Notes under the pieces: generated by a model | What the model saw: only the letters and a program-made list of their open reading frames with translations | What the model was told of the DNA's origin: nothing | Databases searched by the model: none | Position numbers and translations under genes: made by a program | Part shown: positions 20,582 to 31,829 of the stretch, one piece after another | Position numbering within the stretch: the first letter of the stretch is position 1 | Layout: each line of letters starts with the position of its first letter | Source of the DNA: an uncultured Candidatus Rokubacteria bacterium | GTDB lineage: Bacteria > Methylomirabilota > Methylomirabilia > Rokubacteriales > CSP1-6 | Direction: 5' to 3' | Length of the DNA stretch: 64,000 bases | Assembly: GCA_963758635.1 (NCBI GenBank) | Contig: CAVWWD010000003.1 | Coordinates: 448,001 to 512,000, forward strand

Positions 20582-23500
20582 TCAGGCGCGACCGGAGAGG
20601 CTCGCCACCACGATGCCGAGCTCGGCGGGATCGACCGGCTTCGGGACGTGCATGCTGTAGCCCGCGGAGAGCGCGCGGAGGCGGTCCTGGACGCGGCCGT
20701 AGGCGGTGAGGGCGATGGCCGGCGTGCGGGCGAGCGCGGCGTCGTCGAGCGCCCGCAGCCGGCGGATGAGGCTGTAGCCGTCCTCGCCCGGCATCTCGAT
20801 GTCGGAGATCACCACGTCCGGCCGCCAGGCGTGGACCGCGTCGAGGCCCTCCGCGGCCGAGGCCCGGGTCATGACCTCGGCGCCGCTCTTGCGGAGGATG
20901 GCGGCGACCATCTCGAGACCGTCGCGGTCATCGTCCACCACGAGGACCCGCATCCCGTCGAGCGACGGGCCGGCGGCGGTCACGACGCCCCCGGCCGTGG
21001 GGTGCGCGCGAGCGCGGGGCTCCCGTCCGTCGGCCTCGTCGCCCGCGTGCGTCATGGCCACCGGCAGCGTCACCGTGAAGACGGCGCCCTGCCCGTCGCC
21101 GCGGCTGGCCGCGGCGACCGTCCCGCCGTGCAGCTCGACGAGGTGCCGCACGAGCGCGAGGCCCAGGCCGAGCCCGGTGTGCCGCCGCGTGGAGGTGCTG
21201 TCGCCCTGCTGGAACCGCTCGAACACGTGGGGAAGCACGTCGGCGGCGATGCCCTGGCCGCTGTCGCTCACCACGATCTCCACGTGCGCGTTCACACGCA
21301 GGAGGTCGACCTGCACGCGCCCGCCGCGGGGCGTGAACTTCACCGCGTTGATGAGCAGGTTCCACACCACCTGCTGCAGCCGGTCCGGGTCGCCGGTGAT
21401 CGGGCCCGCGCGCGGGTCGAGAACGGTCTGCATGCGGAGCGACTTGGCGTCGGCCGCGGGCCGGACGGCGTCGAGGGCGGCCTCGACCACCGCCCCGAGG
21501 TCCACGGGGCGCACGTCCAGGCGCATCTTGCCCGTCACGATGCGCGACACGTCCAGCATGTCGTCGATGAGCTGCACCTGCGCGTTGGCGTTGCGCATGA
21601 TGACGTCGAGGGCCTGAGTGACGCGGCCTCGCCCTGCACGACGCCGGCCCGCAGCATGCGAGCCCAGCCGTACACCGCGTTCAGCGGGGTGCGCAGCTCG
21701 TGCGAGAGCACGGCGAGGAACTCGTCCTTGGCCCGGCTCGCCGACTCGGCGGCGGCGCGCGCCCGCTGCTCCTGCTCGAGCAGGGCGCGCCGCTCGGCGT
21801 CGGCGCGCGCACGCAGCTCCTTGAGCTTCAGGTGAGCCTCGACGCGCGCCACGAGCTCGCGCGCCGAGAACGGCTTGGTCACGTAGTCGTCGGCGCCCGC
21901 CTGCAGACCCTCGACGCGGGCCTCCTCGCCGGCGCGGGCGGACAGGAGGATGACGGGGATGTCCCGCGTGGCGGGGTCGGCGCGCACCGCGGCGAGGAGC
22001 TCGAAGCCGCCGAGGCCCGGCATCATCACGTCGGCGAGCACGAGGTCCGGCCGGCGCGCGCGGACGGCGGTGAGGGCCGCCGCGCCGTCTCCCACCGCCT
22101 CGACGGCCCAGCGCGCGCGGAGCAGGCGGACGACGTACTCGCGCATGTCCGCGTTGTCGTCGGCGACGAGCACCCGCGGCGCGTCGCCGGCCCCTTGCAC
22201 GTCGCCTCCGAGCGTGGGCTCGGGACCGGGGTCCAGGGCGGCGTCCGGCTCCCAGCCGAGGGCCTCCTCGACGAAGAGGCCGGCCAGGCCGGACGGCGCG
22301 GTGGCCGCCGGGGCCGCCGCGACCTGATCGGCGGGCAGGTGGCCGGCGCCTCGCGGCAGCGCAACGGTGAACGTGGTCCCCTGATCCGGCGCGCTCTCCA
22401 CGCGGACCTCGCCGCCGTGCAGGCGCACGAGCTCCTGCACGAGCGCCAGGCCGATGCCCGAGCCCTCGTGCGTGCGCGCGCGCACGCTCTCCACGCGATG
22501 GAAGCGGTCGAAGATCCGGTCGAGCTCGGCGGGGGCGATGCCGATGCCGGTGTCCCGCACGCGGAGCTCGACGTCGGCGCCGCGGTCGGCGAGCGCGACC
22601 GTGATCGTGCCCTCGAACGTGAACTTGAACGCGTTCGACAGGAGGTTCAGGACGATCTTCTCCCACATCTCCCGGTCGACGTACACGGGCTCGAGGCCGG
22701 CCGGGCGCCTGCACGTCGAGCGCGAGGCCGGCGTGCTCGATCGCCGACCGGAACACCGCGGCGAGGTCCGCGGTGAGCGCGCCCAGGTCGGTCGGCTCGT
22801 AGGTGGCCCGATGACGGCCCGCCTGGATCCTCGAGAAGTCGAGCAGGGTGTTGACGAGCTTGAGGAGGCGGCGGCCGCTCCGGTGGACGACGGCGAGGAC
22901 CTCGTGGTCCTCCGCGCGCCAGGCGTCGGGCGGGCGCGCGAGCAGGTCCTCGAGCGGGCCGAGCATGAGGGTCAGCGGCGTCCGGAACTCGTGGCTGACG
23001 TTGCTGAAGAACGTGGTCTTCGCCCGGTCCAGCTCGGCGAGGGCCTCGGCCCGCTTCCGCTCCTCCTCGTAGGACGAGGCCTGCGTCAGGGCCGTGCCGA
23101 CCTGCGTGGCGACCAGTTCCAGGAAGTCGCGGTAGTCGCCCTCCAGGGCGAGAAAGCGGCTCGTCCCCGTGATCATGAACGCGACGCACTCGCCTCCCCG
23201 GAGCACCGGGCTGGACCAGCGTGGCGCGCGGCGCGGCGTCCGGAGGCAGCTCGGCGCCGGCGGCCGCGGGAAGCGTGTCGAGGACGAGCGCCCGACCGCT
23301 CCGCGTGACCTCGCCGAGGGACCAGCGGGCATCGTCGAGCGCGATCGACGGGGGGTGGAGCGCGCCGCCGGCCGTGACGCCCACGACGCCGGCGGCGCGC
23401 GCGGCGGCGCCGTCCGACGAGGTACAGGCTCACGAACGGAAGGTCCTTCGGATTCGAGCCGAGCGCGGCGAGCGCCAGCTCGCATGCCTCGGACACCGAC

Positions 23501-24066
23501 CGGCCCTCCTTGGCGCGGCCGAGGTCGCGGAGCGTGCGGAGGCGGCGCTCGCTCAGGACCCGGCCCGTGGTCTCGCTGACGATGCAGAAGACGCCACCCA
23601 CCTTGCCCGACTCGTCGCGCACGGGATCGTACGAGACGTCGAAGTACGTCTCCTCGGCGAACCCGCGGCGCTCGAGGTAGAAGGGGTGATCGCCGGCGCG
23701 GAACGCCTCGCCCGTCGCGACCACGCCCTCCAGCAACGGGCCCAGCACGTCCCAGATCTCGCTCCACACCTCGCGCGCGGGCCGGCCGAGAGCCCACGGA
23801 TGCTTGCGATCGAGCACCGGGATGTACGCGTCGTTGTAGAGCTTGATGAGATCTCGTCCCCAGAAGAGGCAGATCTGGGCCTTCGAGGGGAGCAGGATGC
23901 TGACGGCGCTGCGCAGGCTCTGCGGCCATGTGGCGGTGGGACCGGCGGGCGTCCCTGTCCAGTCGAGGCGGCGGATGCGGTCGCCCATCTCGCCGCCGCC
24001 GGCGAGCCAGGCGGCGGCGCTGTCGCTGATCGGGAGCCGATCGTCATCCATGTTGGGTGTGGCCAC
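20582..24066 (-). CDS. Hybrid sensor histidine kinase (PAS/GAF, two HisKA-HATPase, two receivers); several frameshifts
   Basis: [48 protein letters not shown]. Confidence 0.9.
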
Positions 24067-24209
24067 GCGTGGACAGTATAGGAGCGACCGTTCGGGCCGC
24101 CAAGGCGTCCGCACGGCCGCTCCGAGTAAAAACTCCCCACCGTCTATTCGTCAGCTCGTCCGGAACGCTGGCGCGGACGCGAAGACGGATCTACGATCGA
24201 TCGTCGAGC

Positions 24210-26502
24210 ATGAGCGCGCGCGATTCCGCTGGCCCGGGCGTTCCCCTTCGTCGACGGCTGTTGCTGCTCGCGGGAGCGGGGATCGTGCCGATCGCCATCA
24301 TGTCCGGCATCGGCCTCTACGCGCTCGCGCAGCAGCAGCGGTTCCAGGCCGAGCGCGTCGGACGGGAGCTGACGCGTGCGGTCGCCACCGCCGTCGACGG
24401 CGAGCTGCGCAGCAGCGTGTCCGTGCTCTTGGCGCTTGCCACGAGCCACACCCTCGATCGTCCCGACCTGCCGGCGTTCTCCGCGCGCGCGGAGCGCGTG
24501 CTGAAGACCCAGCCGCACTGGCTCGCGCTGACGTTGGTCTCCCCCGCCGGCGCGCCGATCGTCGACACGCGGCAGGGGCCGGGCGAGGTGTTTCCCTCGC
24601 TTGTCGAGCCGCTGAGCTTCGACCGCGTCGTGCGCACGCGCGCACCCGCCGTCGGCAGCCTCGCCCGGCAGGCCGACGGCACGCTCCTGTTCACGGTCCG
24701 AGCGCCGGTGACGCGCGACGGCGCGCTGCGCTACGTGGTAAGCGCGCTGGTGAAGCCCGCGAACATTCGGGACGTGGTCGTCCGACACGGCATCCCGGAC
24801 GACTGGGTGCTTTCGATCTTCGACGCCAACGGGCGGCGCGTGGCGCGTTCGCGAGCCCACGAGGAAAACCTCGGCGGCGAGGCATCGCCCACCGTGCGCG
24901 CGCTGATGGCGGGCGGCGGCCGGGACGGCTTCGGCGAGACGTACGCGCTGGAGGGAGACCGGATCTACACCGCGTACAGCCGGATCGAGCCGAGCGGCTG
25001 GACGGCCGCCCTCGGTCTGCCCGCCGGCATCGTGGAGGCCGCCCGGTATCGCTCCCTGGCCGTGTACGGCGGCGGCATCCTGCTGTCGATCGTTTTGGGC
25101 ACGCTGGCGGCCATCCTGGTCGCGCGGAGCATCAATCGTCCCATCGCGGATCTGCGCGCGGCGGCGCAGGCGCTGGGCCGGCGCGAGCCGCTCGCGGTGC
25201 CGGACACGTCGATCCAGGAGATCCGCGAGGTCGCGGCCACGCTCGCCGCGGCCGGCGAGGAGCGCATGCGAGCCGAGGCCGGCCGCGAGGACCTCCTCCG
25301 GCGTGAGCAGGAGGCCCGCGCCGTCGCCGAGTCCGCCGACCGCGCGAAGGACGAGTTCCTCGCCGTGCTCTCGCACGAGCTGCGCACGCCGCTCAACGCG
25401 GTGTACGGCTGGGCGCGCATGCTCCGGACCGGGCAGATCCGGGACGCCGAGCAGGTCACGCGCGCCCTCGAGGTCATCGAGCGCAACGCCAACGCCCAGG
25501 TGCAGCTCGTGGACGACCTGCTCGACGTCTCACGCGTGATCACGGGGAAGATGCGGCTCAACGTCCGCAGCGTCGACCTCCGCGGCGTCATCGAGGCGGC
25601 GCTCGACGCGATGCGGCCGGCCGCGGACGCGAAGGGGTTGCGCGTGCACACCCTGCTCGATCCGCGCGCGGGTCCGATCACGGGGGATCCGGACCGCCTG
25701 CAGCAGGTGATGTGGAACCTCCTCAGCAACGCGGTGAAGTTCACGCCCCGCGGGGGACAGGTGCAGATCCACCTGCAGCGCAGCAACTCGCACGTCGAGA
25801 TCGTCGTGAGCGACACCGGGCAGGGGATCCCTCCCTCCGTGCGGCCCATGATTTTCGAGCGGTTTCGCCAGGCCGACAGCTCGAGCACGCGGCCGCACAG
25901 CGGCCTCGGGCTCGGGCTGGCCCTGGTCAAGCACCTCGTCGAGCTGCACGGCGGCGGCATCGAGGCGCAGAGCGCGGGCGAAGGACGGGGCGCCACGTTC
26001 GTCGTGCGGCTCCCGCTCGCCATCGCCGACATCCCCGCCACGCCGGCGCCGCGCGTCCACCCGACCGCCGTCTCGCTCGACAAGCTCCCGGGCGGCGTCC
26101 GCCTCGATGGTCTCCGCGTGCTGCTGGTGGACGACGACGCCGACTCCGTGGACCTCGCCGCCGCGATTCTCGCCGGCTCCGGGGCCGAGGTGCGGACGTG
26201 TCGATCGGCGGCCGAGGCCTTCGCCGCGGTGCGCGCGTGGCGGCCCGATGTCCTCGTGTCGGACATCGAGATGCCGGAGGAGAACGGCTACTCGCTGATC
26301 CGCCGGGTACGCTCGCTGGAACGTCAGCGCGGGCGGGAAGACGCCTGCCGTCGCGCTCACCGCCTACGGGCGGATGCAGGACCGGGTGCAGTCGCTGGCC
26401 GCCGGCTACAACATGCACGTCCCGAAGCCCGTGGATCCCGGAGAGCTGACGACGATCGTGGCGAGCCTCGCCGCGCGCCCTTCGAGGCTTCCCGCCCGCT
26501 GA
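24210..26502 (+). CDS. Membrane hybrid histidine kinase (Cache-like, HAMP, HisKA, HATPase, receiver); frameshift near 26325
   Basis: Two TM helices, [32 protein letters not shown]. Confidence 0.9.
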
Positions 26503-26539
26503 CGAGTCCGGCGACGTCAGGCCCCCCGACGATCGCCGA

Positions 26540-27436
26540 TCAGGCGAGGCTGGCGACGGCGGCGCGAAACTCCTGGAGCTTCGCGAGGTGCTGGGCGGGG
26601 AAGGTCAGTCCGGCGCCGCGCGCCTCGGCGATGAGGCTCGCGGCGCCGAGCGCGCGCCACTGGCGCGCCTGGGCCACCCATCCCGTCGCGTCCTGGCCGG
26701 CGAGGCGCACGCGGCCCTCGAGCGGCAGGCGCGCCGGATCCCGTCCGGCCTCGCGCGCGTAGGCGTGCACGCGCGCGACGAGCGCGCGGCCCCCCTCGTC
26801 GGGCGAGAAGTTCGGGCTCCAGCCGTCGGCCAGCCGCGCGACGCGCTTGAGCACGGCCTCCGGGGGATGGGGCTGCTCGCGGCTGCCCACGCCGAACCAG
26901 ACCGGGATCGGCCGCTGGACCGGCATGGGATTCAGGCCGGCGTGGCTGATGCGGTGCCACTTGCCGGCGAAGTCCACGACCTCCTGGGTCCACAGGGCGC
27001 GCATCACCTCCACCTGCTCGGCGCACCGCGCGCCGCGGTCGTCGAAGGGCAGGCCCAGCGCCTCGTACTCGACGGCGTTCCAGCCGACGCCGATGCCCAG
27101 GCGCAGGCGGCCGCCGCTCAGCACGTCGATCTCCGCGGCCTGCTTCGCGACGAGGGCGGTCTGGCGCTGCGGGAGGATCAGGATGCCGGTGGCGAGGCCG
27201 ATCCGGCGGGTCCGGGCGGCGAGATAGGCGAGCAGCGTGAGCGTCTCGTGCACCACCGCCCGATGCGAGTAGGTGGCGAGCGACGGGTGCTGGTGGTGCC
27301 TCGGGTCGGCGCCGAGCACGTGGTCGGCCACGAAGAGGTGGTCGTAGCCCATCGCCTCCACGGCCTGGACGTACTCCGTGATGGCGCCCACGTCGGTGCC
27401 GCACTCGGTCTGGGGGAAGATCGCGCCGAGGTTCAT
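26540..27436 (-). CDS. LLM-class (putative F420-dependent) oxidoreductase
   Basis: ADHVLG, LPQRQTALVAKQAAEIDVLSGGRLRLGIGVGWN. Confidence 0.9.
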   Translation of the reverse strand: MNLGAIFPQTECGTDVGAITEYVQAVEAMGYDHLFVADHVLGADPRHHQHPSLATYSHRAVVHETLTLLAYLAARTRRIGLATGILILPQRQTALVAKQAAEIDVLSGGRLRLGIGVGWNAVEYEALGLPFDDRGARCAEQVEVMRALWTQEVVDFAGKWHRISHAGLNPMPVQRPIPVWFGVGSREQPHPPEAVLKRVARLADGWSPNFSPDEGGRALVARVHAYAREAGRDPARLPLEGRVRLAGQDATGWVAQARQWRALGAASLIAEARGAGLTFPAQHLAKLQEFRAAVASLA

Positions 27437-27612
27437 GCCCGCGATCGTGCGCCGGGCCGCGGCCCGGAGTCAATGCGCGCCGCCCCCACCGCGACGCGAG
27501 TGGTCCCGTCCCTCGCGGCGTGGCGCTCGCGGGCTTCGCCTTGACTCCGCGCCCGGGCCGGTAGAGCCTCGGAGCGCGGCTCGACGACCACGGCCGGACG
27601 GAGGGAGGCCAC

Positions 27613-27753
27613 ATGACGGGTTGTCTCGACGGTATCCGCGTCCTGGAGCTGGCCCGCTTTCAGGCCGGGCCCCGCGGCGGCATGCTGGCGCGCGTCCTCG
27701 GCTAGGACGCGGCGGCCATCGCCGACCTCCGCGCTGCCGGCGCGATCGCGTGA
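27613..27753 (+). pseudogene. Internally deleted CaiB/BaiF CoA-transferase remnant
   Basis: RBS, then MTGCLDGIRVLELARFQAGPRGGML fused in frame to ARVLG*DAAAIADLRAAGAIA*. Confidence 0.75.
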
Positions 27754-28884
27754 ACATCGCCGCCGTCGAGGTCTTCGTCCTCGAGTTCCCGTTCCGGGCG
27801 ACCTTCGTGCTCGCGGGCGGCGTCGCGGGCAGCCCGGGCGCGCGGTCCGCGCGCGTGCTCGTGAAGGTCACGTCCGGAGGACGGCGCCGCCGGATGGGGC
27901 GAGGCGACGCCCACGCCGCGCTGGACCTACGAGACCACCGAGACCATCGTCAGCACGCTCCGCGGCTACCTGGCGCCGGCGGTCATCGGGATGCCGGCGT
28001 GGGACCTCGACGGCGTGCACCGCGCCATGGACCGCGCGATCAACCCCGGCGTCACCATGGGCTCGCCGCTGGCCAAGTCGGCGATCGACGTGGCCCTCCA
28101 CGACCTCGTCGCGCGCGCCCGCGGGATCCCGCTCTACCAGCTCCTCGGGCGCCGGCGCCGGACGACGTGCGACCTCACGTGGATGGTCACGCTCGAGAAG
28201 CCGGCGGAGGCCGAGCGCGTCGTCGCCGAGGGGCTCGAGGCGGGCTACGACTGCTTCGACGTGAAGGTCGGCATGCATGGCGAGGCGGGCGACCTGGACC
28301 TCGTCCGGCGCGTGCGGCACGCGGCGGGCGAGCGCCTCGTCCAGGTGGACGCCAACCGCGGCTACCGGCTCGACGCCGCCATCCGCCAGGCCCGGCGCTT
28401 CGAGGACCTGGACATCGCGCTGTTCGAGCAGCCGCTGGACGGGCTCAACCTGTCCGGGTTCCGGCGGCTCGTCGCGTCCACGTCCACGCCGATCGGCATC
28501 GACGAGACGCTCAGATCGCTGCCCGACCTGATCGAGTACGTCCGCGCCGACGCCCTCACCGTGGCCGTGGCCAAGGTGCAGCGAAACGGCGGGCTCTGGT
28601 ACTCGCGCCAGCTGTGCGAGGTGGCGGGAGCGGCCGGGCTCGGGCTCTCCCTCTCCGGCCTGACCGAGACCGACCTGGGACTGGCGGCGGGGCTGCACCT
28701 GGCCGCCGCGTTCGACATCAGTCCGCTCCAGCTGAACGGGCCCCAGTTCATCGAGACGACGTTCCTGCGCGAGCGGCTGTGGACGGGCGGCGGGCGCGTC
28801 ACGGTGCCCGAGGGCCCGGGGCTGGGCGTCGAGGTGGACGAGGCCTACGTCCGCGCGCACGCCGTGACCGTGCGCATGCCCTGA
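27750..28884 (+). CDS. Mandelate racemase/muconate lactonizing enzyme family; frameshift near 27875
   Basis: GWGEA, SAIDVALHDL, VDAN, FEQP, IDET, PEGPGLGVEVD. Confidence 0.88.
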
Positions 28885-29644
28885 ATGCGCGCCTGGCTCG
28901 TCGCCCGCGCGCCGTCGGTCGGCCTGTTCCTGGGCGTGCTCGTCCTCTGGCAGGTGGCGTCCACGAGCCTGGGGCTGCGCGAGTACATCCTCCCGAGGCC
29001 GGCCGCCGTCGTCGCGCGCGCTCACCGCGGGGGAGATCCCGTGGCTCGCGCACGCCGGCACCACCGCGCTCGAGATCGTGGGCGCGTTCGTCCTCGCCGG
29101 CGCCTCCGGCGTGGCCCTCGGCGTCGCCATCGCCTGGTCGCCGCTCCTCGCCAGCGCGCTCGTGCCGTTCCTCGTGTTCGTCAACACGCTTCCGAAGGTG
29201 GCGGTGGCGCCGCTGTTCCTGCTGTGGCTCGGCTACGGCATCCTGCCCAACATGCTCATCGGCGCCCTCATCGGCTTCTTCCCGGTGGTGATCAACACCG
29301 CGGTGGGCCTGACCCAGGTCGATCCCGAGATGCTCGACCTCGGGCGCGTGTTCAACGCGCCGAAGTGGAAGGTCTTCGCCAAGATCCGCATCCCCAACGC
29401 GTATCCCTACATCCTGAGCGCGCTCAAGGTGACGGCCACCGCCGCCGTCGTCGGCGTGATCGTGGGGGAGTTCGTGGCCTCCCAGCGAGGGCTCGGCTAC
29501 GTCATCATCACGTCGCAGGGCAGCATGAACACGCCGGTGGCCTTCGCGGCCCTGGTCTGGATCTCCGTGGTCGGCCTCGCCGTGTACGGCGCCGTGGTCC
29601 TCGCCGCGCGCTGGATCGCTCCGTGGGCCGAGGTGCCGGACTGA
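28885..29644 (+). CDS. ABC transporter permease (NitT/TauT type); frameshift near 29020
   Basis: LPKVAVAPL, FFPVVINT, IVGEFVASQRGLG. Confidence 0.9.
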
Positions 29645-29673
29645 CATCGCTGGATGACATCAAGGAGGAGCCC

Positions 29674-30685
29674 ATGACGCGTCTTCTCGCCGTCGCCGTG
29701 ATGCTCGTTGCCGCCGCCCTCGGGTCCGCGCCGCCCGCCGCCGCGCAGGCGCCCGAGAAGGTCGTGTTCGCCCTGAACTGGTTCGCGGTGGGCGACCACG
29801 CCGCGTACTGGGTGGCCCTCGAGAAGGGCTACTACAAGGCCCGCGGCCTGGACGTGGAGCTCCAGAACTCCAAGGGCTCGGGCGACTCGATCGCCAAGGT
29901 CGACACCGGGCGCGCGGACATCGGCCTGGCCGACAGCGCGGTGGTGATCGCCGCGGTGGGGCGCGGCGGCAAGGTGAAGGTGGTGGGCATGGTGTTCGAC
30001 AAGACGCCGCTCAACATCTGGAGCCGGAAGGAGGCGCCGATCACCCGGCCCAAGGACCTCGAGGGCAAGACGATCGGCGCGCCGCCCGGCGACGGCCAGC
30101 GCCAGGTCTTCCCCGCCTTCGCCAAGCTCCACGGCATCGACCAGGCGAAGGTGACGTGGGTCAACATCGAGCCCGCGGCCAAGGTGCCCGCGCTCGCCGA
30201 GAAGCGCGTGGACTCGGTGGCCGACTACACCACGGGGCTGCCGTTCTACGAGAAGGCCATGGGCAAGGGCAACGCGATCATGATGCCGTGGGCCGACCAC
30301 GGCTTCGACATGTACAGCATGTCGATCATCGCCAGCGAGAAGACGATGAAGGACCGGCCCGAAGGTGCTGCGCGCCTTCCTCGAGGCGTCCTACATGGGC
30401 TGGCGCGACGTGATGGACGACCCGAAGTCCGCGCTCGAGATCTTCAAGAAGCGCGTGCCCGAGATCGACCTGGCGATCATCGAGCCCAACATGAAGATGG
30501 GGCTCGACCTGATGAAGACCGACCGCTACGCGAAGAACGGCATCGGCTGGATGGAGGAGAAGAAGATGTGCCAGTCGGTGGACCTGGTGAACACCTACAT
30601 GGGCGTGCCGGCCAAGGTCGAGTGCAAGGCCGTCTTCACCAACGAGTTCCTGACGAAGATCGACCTGCCCAAGAGCATGCGCTGA
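29674..30685 (+). CDS. ABC substrate-binding protein (NMT1/THI5-like); frameshift near 30360
   Basis: Signal peptide, ALNWF..DHA...ALEKGYY, KGSGDS. Confidence 0.9.
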
Positions 30686-30753
30686 GCGCGGCGCCGGGCG
30701 CGCCCGGCCCCGCCGGGACGGGCGCGCCCTTCATCGTCCTCGATCGGGTGGCG

Positions 30754-31534
30754 ATGACGTACGAGGCCCGGAGCGGCCCGGTGGAGGCGCTCCGGGACAT
30801 CTCCTTCGGCGTCGAGCCGCGGGCGAGCTCGTGGCCCTGGTCGGCCCGAGCGGGTGCGGGAAGTCCACGCTGCTGCGGATCGTCGCTGGGCTGCGGCCCG
30901 CCCACCGGCGGCACGCGTCACGGTGGACGGCCGCGCGGTGACGCGGCCGATCGCCGCGGTCGGCATGGTGTTCCAGGCCCCGGTGCTGCTCAAGTGGCGC
31001 TCGGTCCTCGACAACGTGCTGCTGCCCGCCGAGCTGGCCGGCCTCGACCCGCGGCGCTATCGCGATCGCGCGCGCGACCTGCTGCGGCTGGTCGGCCTGG
31101 CCGACTTCGAGGCCAAGCGCCCCCAGGAGCTGTCCGGCGGCATGCAGCAGCGGGCGTCGCTGTGCCGCGCGCTGCTGCTGGATCCGCCGCTGCTCCTGAT
31201 GGACGAGCCCTTCGGCGCGCTCGACGCCATGACCCGCGACGAGATGAACCTCGAGCTGCTGCGCGTGTGGGGGGAGGCGAGCGAGGGGGGCGCGCGGGAC
31301 TCCAAGACGATCCTCTTCGTCACGCACTCGATTCCCGAGGCGGTGTTCCTCGCCGACCGCGTCGTCGTGATGTCCCCGCGGCCGGGGCGCGTCGCGCGCA
31401 TCTGCCCGGTGGCCCTGCCGCGCCCGCGCACCGTCGAGGCCCGCGCCTCCGCGGAGTTCGGTCGCCTCTCGCTCGAGATCTACGGCGCGCTGACCGCGCC
31501 GGCCCGCCCGGGCGCTTCGCCGGGATCGCCTTGA
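30754..31534 (+). CDS. ABC transporter ATP-binding protein; frameshifts near 30815-30915; start may be upstream near 30682
   Basis: GPSGCGKST, LSGGMQQR, LLMDEPFGALD, VTHS. Confidence 0.9.
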
Positions 31535-31536
31535 CG
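31488..31536 (+). repeat. 49-bp direct repeat, copy 1 (3' end of ABC ATPase gene)
   Basis: 48/49 identical to 33214-33262. Confidence 0.95.
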
Positions 31537-31548
31537 GGTGGCCCGACA

Positions 31549-31569
31549 GGTGTCGATCAAGACGTTCAC
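31549..31569 (-). pseudogene. 7-codon stub of a PIN/VapC toxin
   Basis: GTGA-coupled to antitoxin stop; reads VNVLIDT and then loses similarity. Confidence 0.6.
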
Positions 31570-31787
31570 AGGTACTTCTCGGCCAGCGCCTTGTAACGAT
31601 CGTCCTTCCGGCGAGCGGCCTTGAACCGCCCTCGCCAGCGGGCCGAGAATGAAGGGCGCTTCTCGAGGGTCAAGCCCCGGAGAGCGCGCTCGATGAGGTC
31701 GGACAAGGAGACCCCCTGAGAGCGCGCCTGTTCCTTCGCCTTGAGGATCAGCTCTTCGTCGATGGTCACCGTGAGCTTTGCCTTCAT
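31566..31787 (-). CDS. RHH-type antitoxin (DUF6364-like)
   Basis: MKAKLTVTIDEELILKAKEQARSQGVSLSDLIE...ALAEKYL. Confidence 0.8.
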   Translation of the reverse strand: MKAKLTVTIDEELILKAKEQARSQGVSLSDLIERALRGLTLEKRPSFSARWRGRFKAARRKDDRYKALAEKYL

Positions 31788-31829
31788 GCCTGCCATCCCC
31801 GGTCGTGGTATGCGTATGGTTCTGTGCGC

